Source of the DNA: Escherichia phage EK8
Sequence record: PQ805430.1
Length of the DNA: 64,000 nucleotides
Direction: 5' to 3' (one strand)
Part shown: piece by piece, positions 63,851-64,000 of the stretch
Position numbering within the stretch: the first letter of the stretch is position 1
Layout: the number at the start of each line of letters is the position of its first letter
Notes under the pieces: model-generated
What the model saw: the letters and a program-made list of their open reading frames with translations, nothing else
Databases searched by the model: none
Told to the model about the DNA's origin: nothing
Position numbers and translations under genes: made by a program

Positions 63851-64000
63851 CGGTATCACCTTCAACCGCTTGCTCAATTTCCTGCTCTACGAACTGGAAC
63901 GGCAGCGTTTTGAAGATGGCACCGGCTACCTGCACACCGGCGATGAACGCATCACGCTCATTAGGTGTCAGCACTTTTTCCTTCCCACGGATGGTGGCTT
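63843..64000 (-). CDS. hypothetical protein, 5'-truncated at window edge
   Basis: open frame running off window end; stop overlaps resolvase start region. Confidence 0.4.
   Translation of the reverse strand, partial: ATIRGKEKVLTPNERDAFIAGVQVAGAIFKTLPFQFVEQEIEQAVEGDTDA

Noticed and set aside
1-64000. CRISPR arrays, integrase/transposase genes, prophage attachment sites
   Set aside because: No regularly spaced direct repeats, tyrosine/serine recombinase motifs or IS-type terminal inverted repeats seen; the element reads as a lytic phage genome

Overview
The window reads as most of the genome of an N4-like podovirus (Schitoviridae-type). The defining evidence is a single 3696-aa ORF (51226..62316, +) of the size and position expected for a virion-packaged RNA polymerase, plus a T7-like RNA polymerase split into two adjacent genes (26467..27468 and 25182..26456, -), matching the N4 RNAP II heterodimer. 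Layout: (i) 80..4134 (+) a large virion protein, a lambda R-type endolysin, a putative holin, overlapped i-/o-spanin genes and an Ig-like protein; (ii) 4186..33026 (-) a long leftward unit running from many small early-type ORFs through split RNAP II, HNH endonuclease, two AAA ATPases, a vWA/HExxH protein, an SF1 helicase, rIIA/rIIB-like proteins, family A DNA polymerase, HAD phosphatase and Dam methyltransferase; (iii) 33027..34506 a switch region with a perfect 13-bp inverted repeat and a ~180-nt almost C-free tract; (iv) 34507..62316 (+) the late module (terminase large subunit, portal, scaffold-like protein, major capsid protein, five virion-protein genes, giant vRNAP), interrupted at 38055..40294 by a reverse-strand island with tRNA-Gln, tRNA-Asn and a MazG-like protein; (v) 62337..64000 (-) a small membrane protein, an acidic disordered protein, a RuvC-like resolvase and a truncated gene. 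No CRISPR array, integrase or transposase was seen. Items most worth follow-up: a ribosomal L7/L12 C-terminal-domain-like segment inside the rIIB-like protein; a recurring GC-stem/TAT-loop hairpin 35-70 nt upstream of early genes (candidate vRNAP promoters); the C-free tract; a membrane-peptide plus lipoprotein pair; and the AAA/vWA-HExxH module. All calls rest on motif reading and recalled reference sequences, not on database searches; coordinates of short elements may be off by a base or two.
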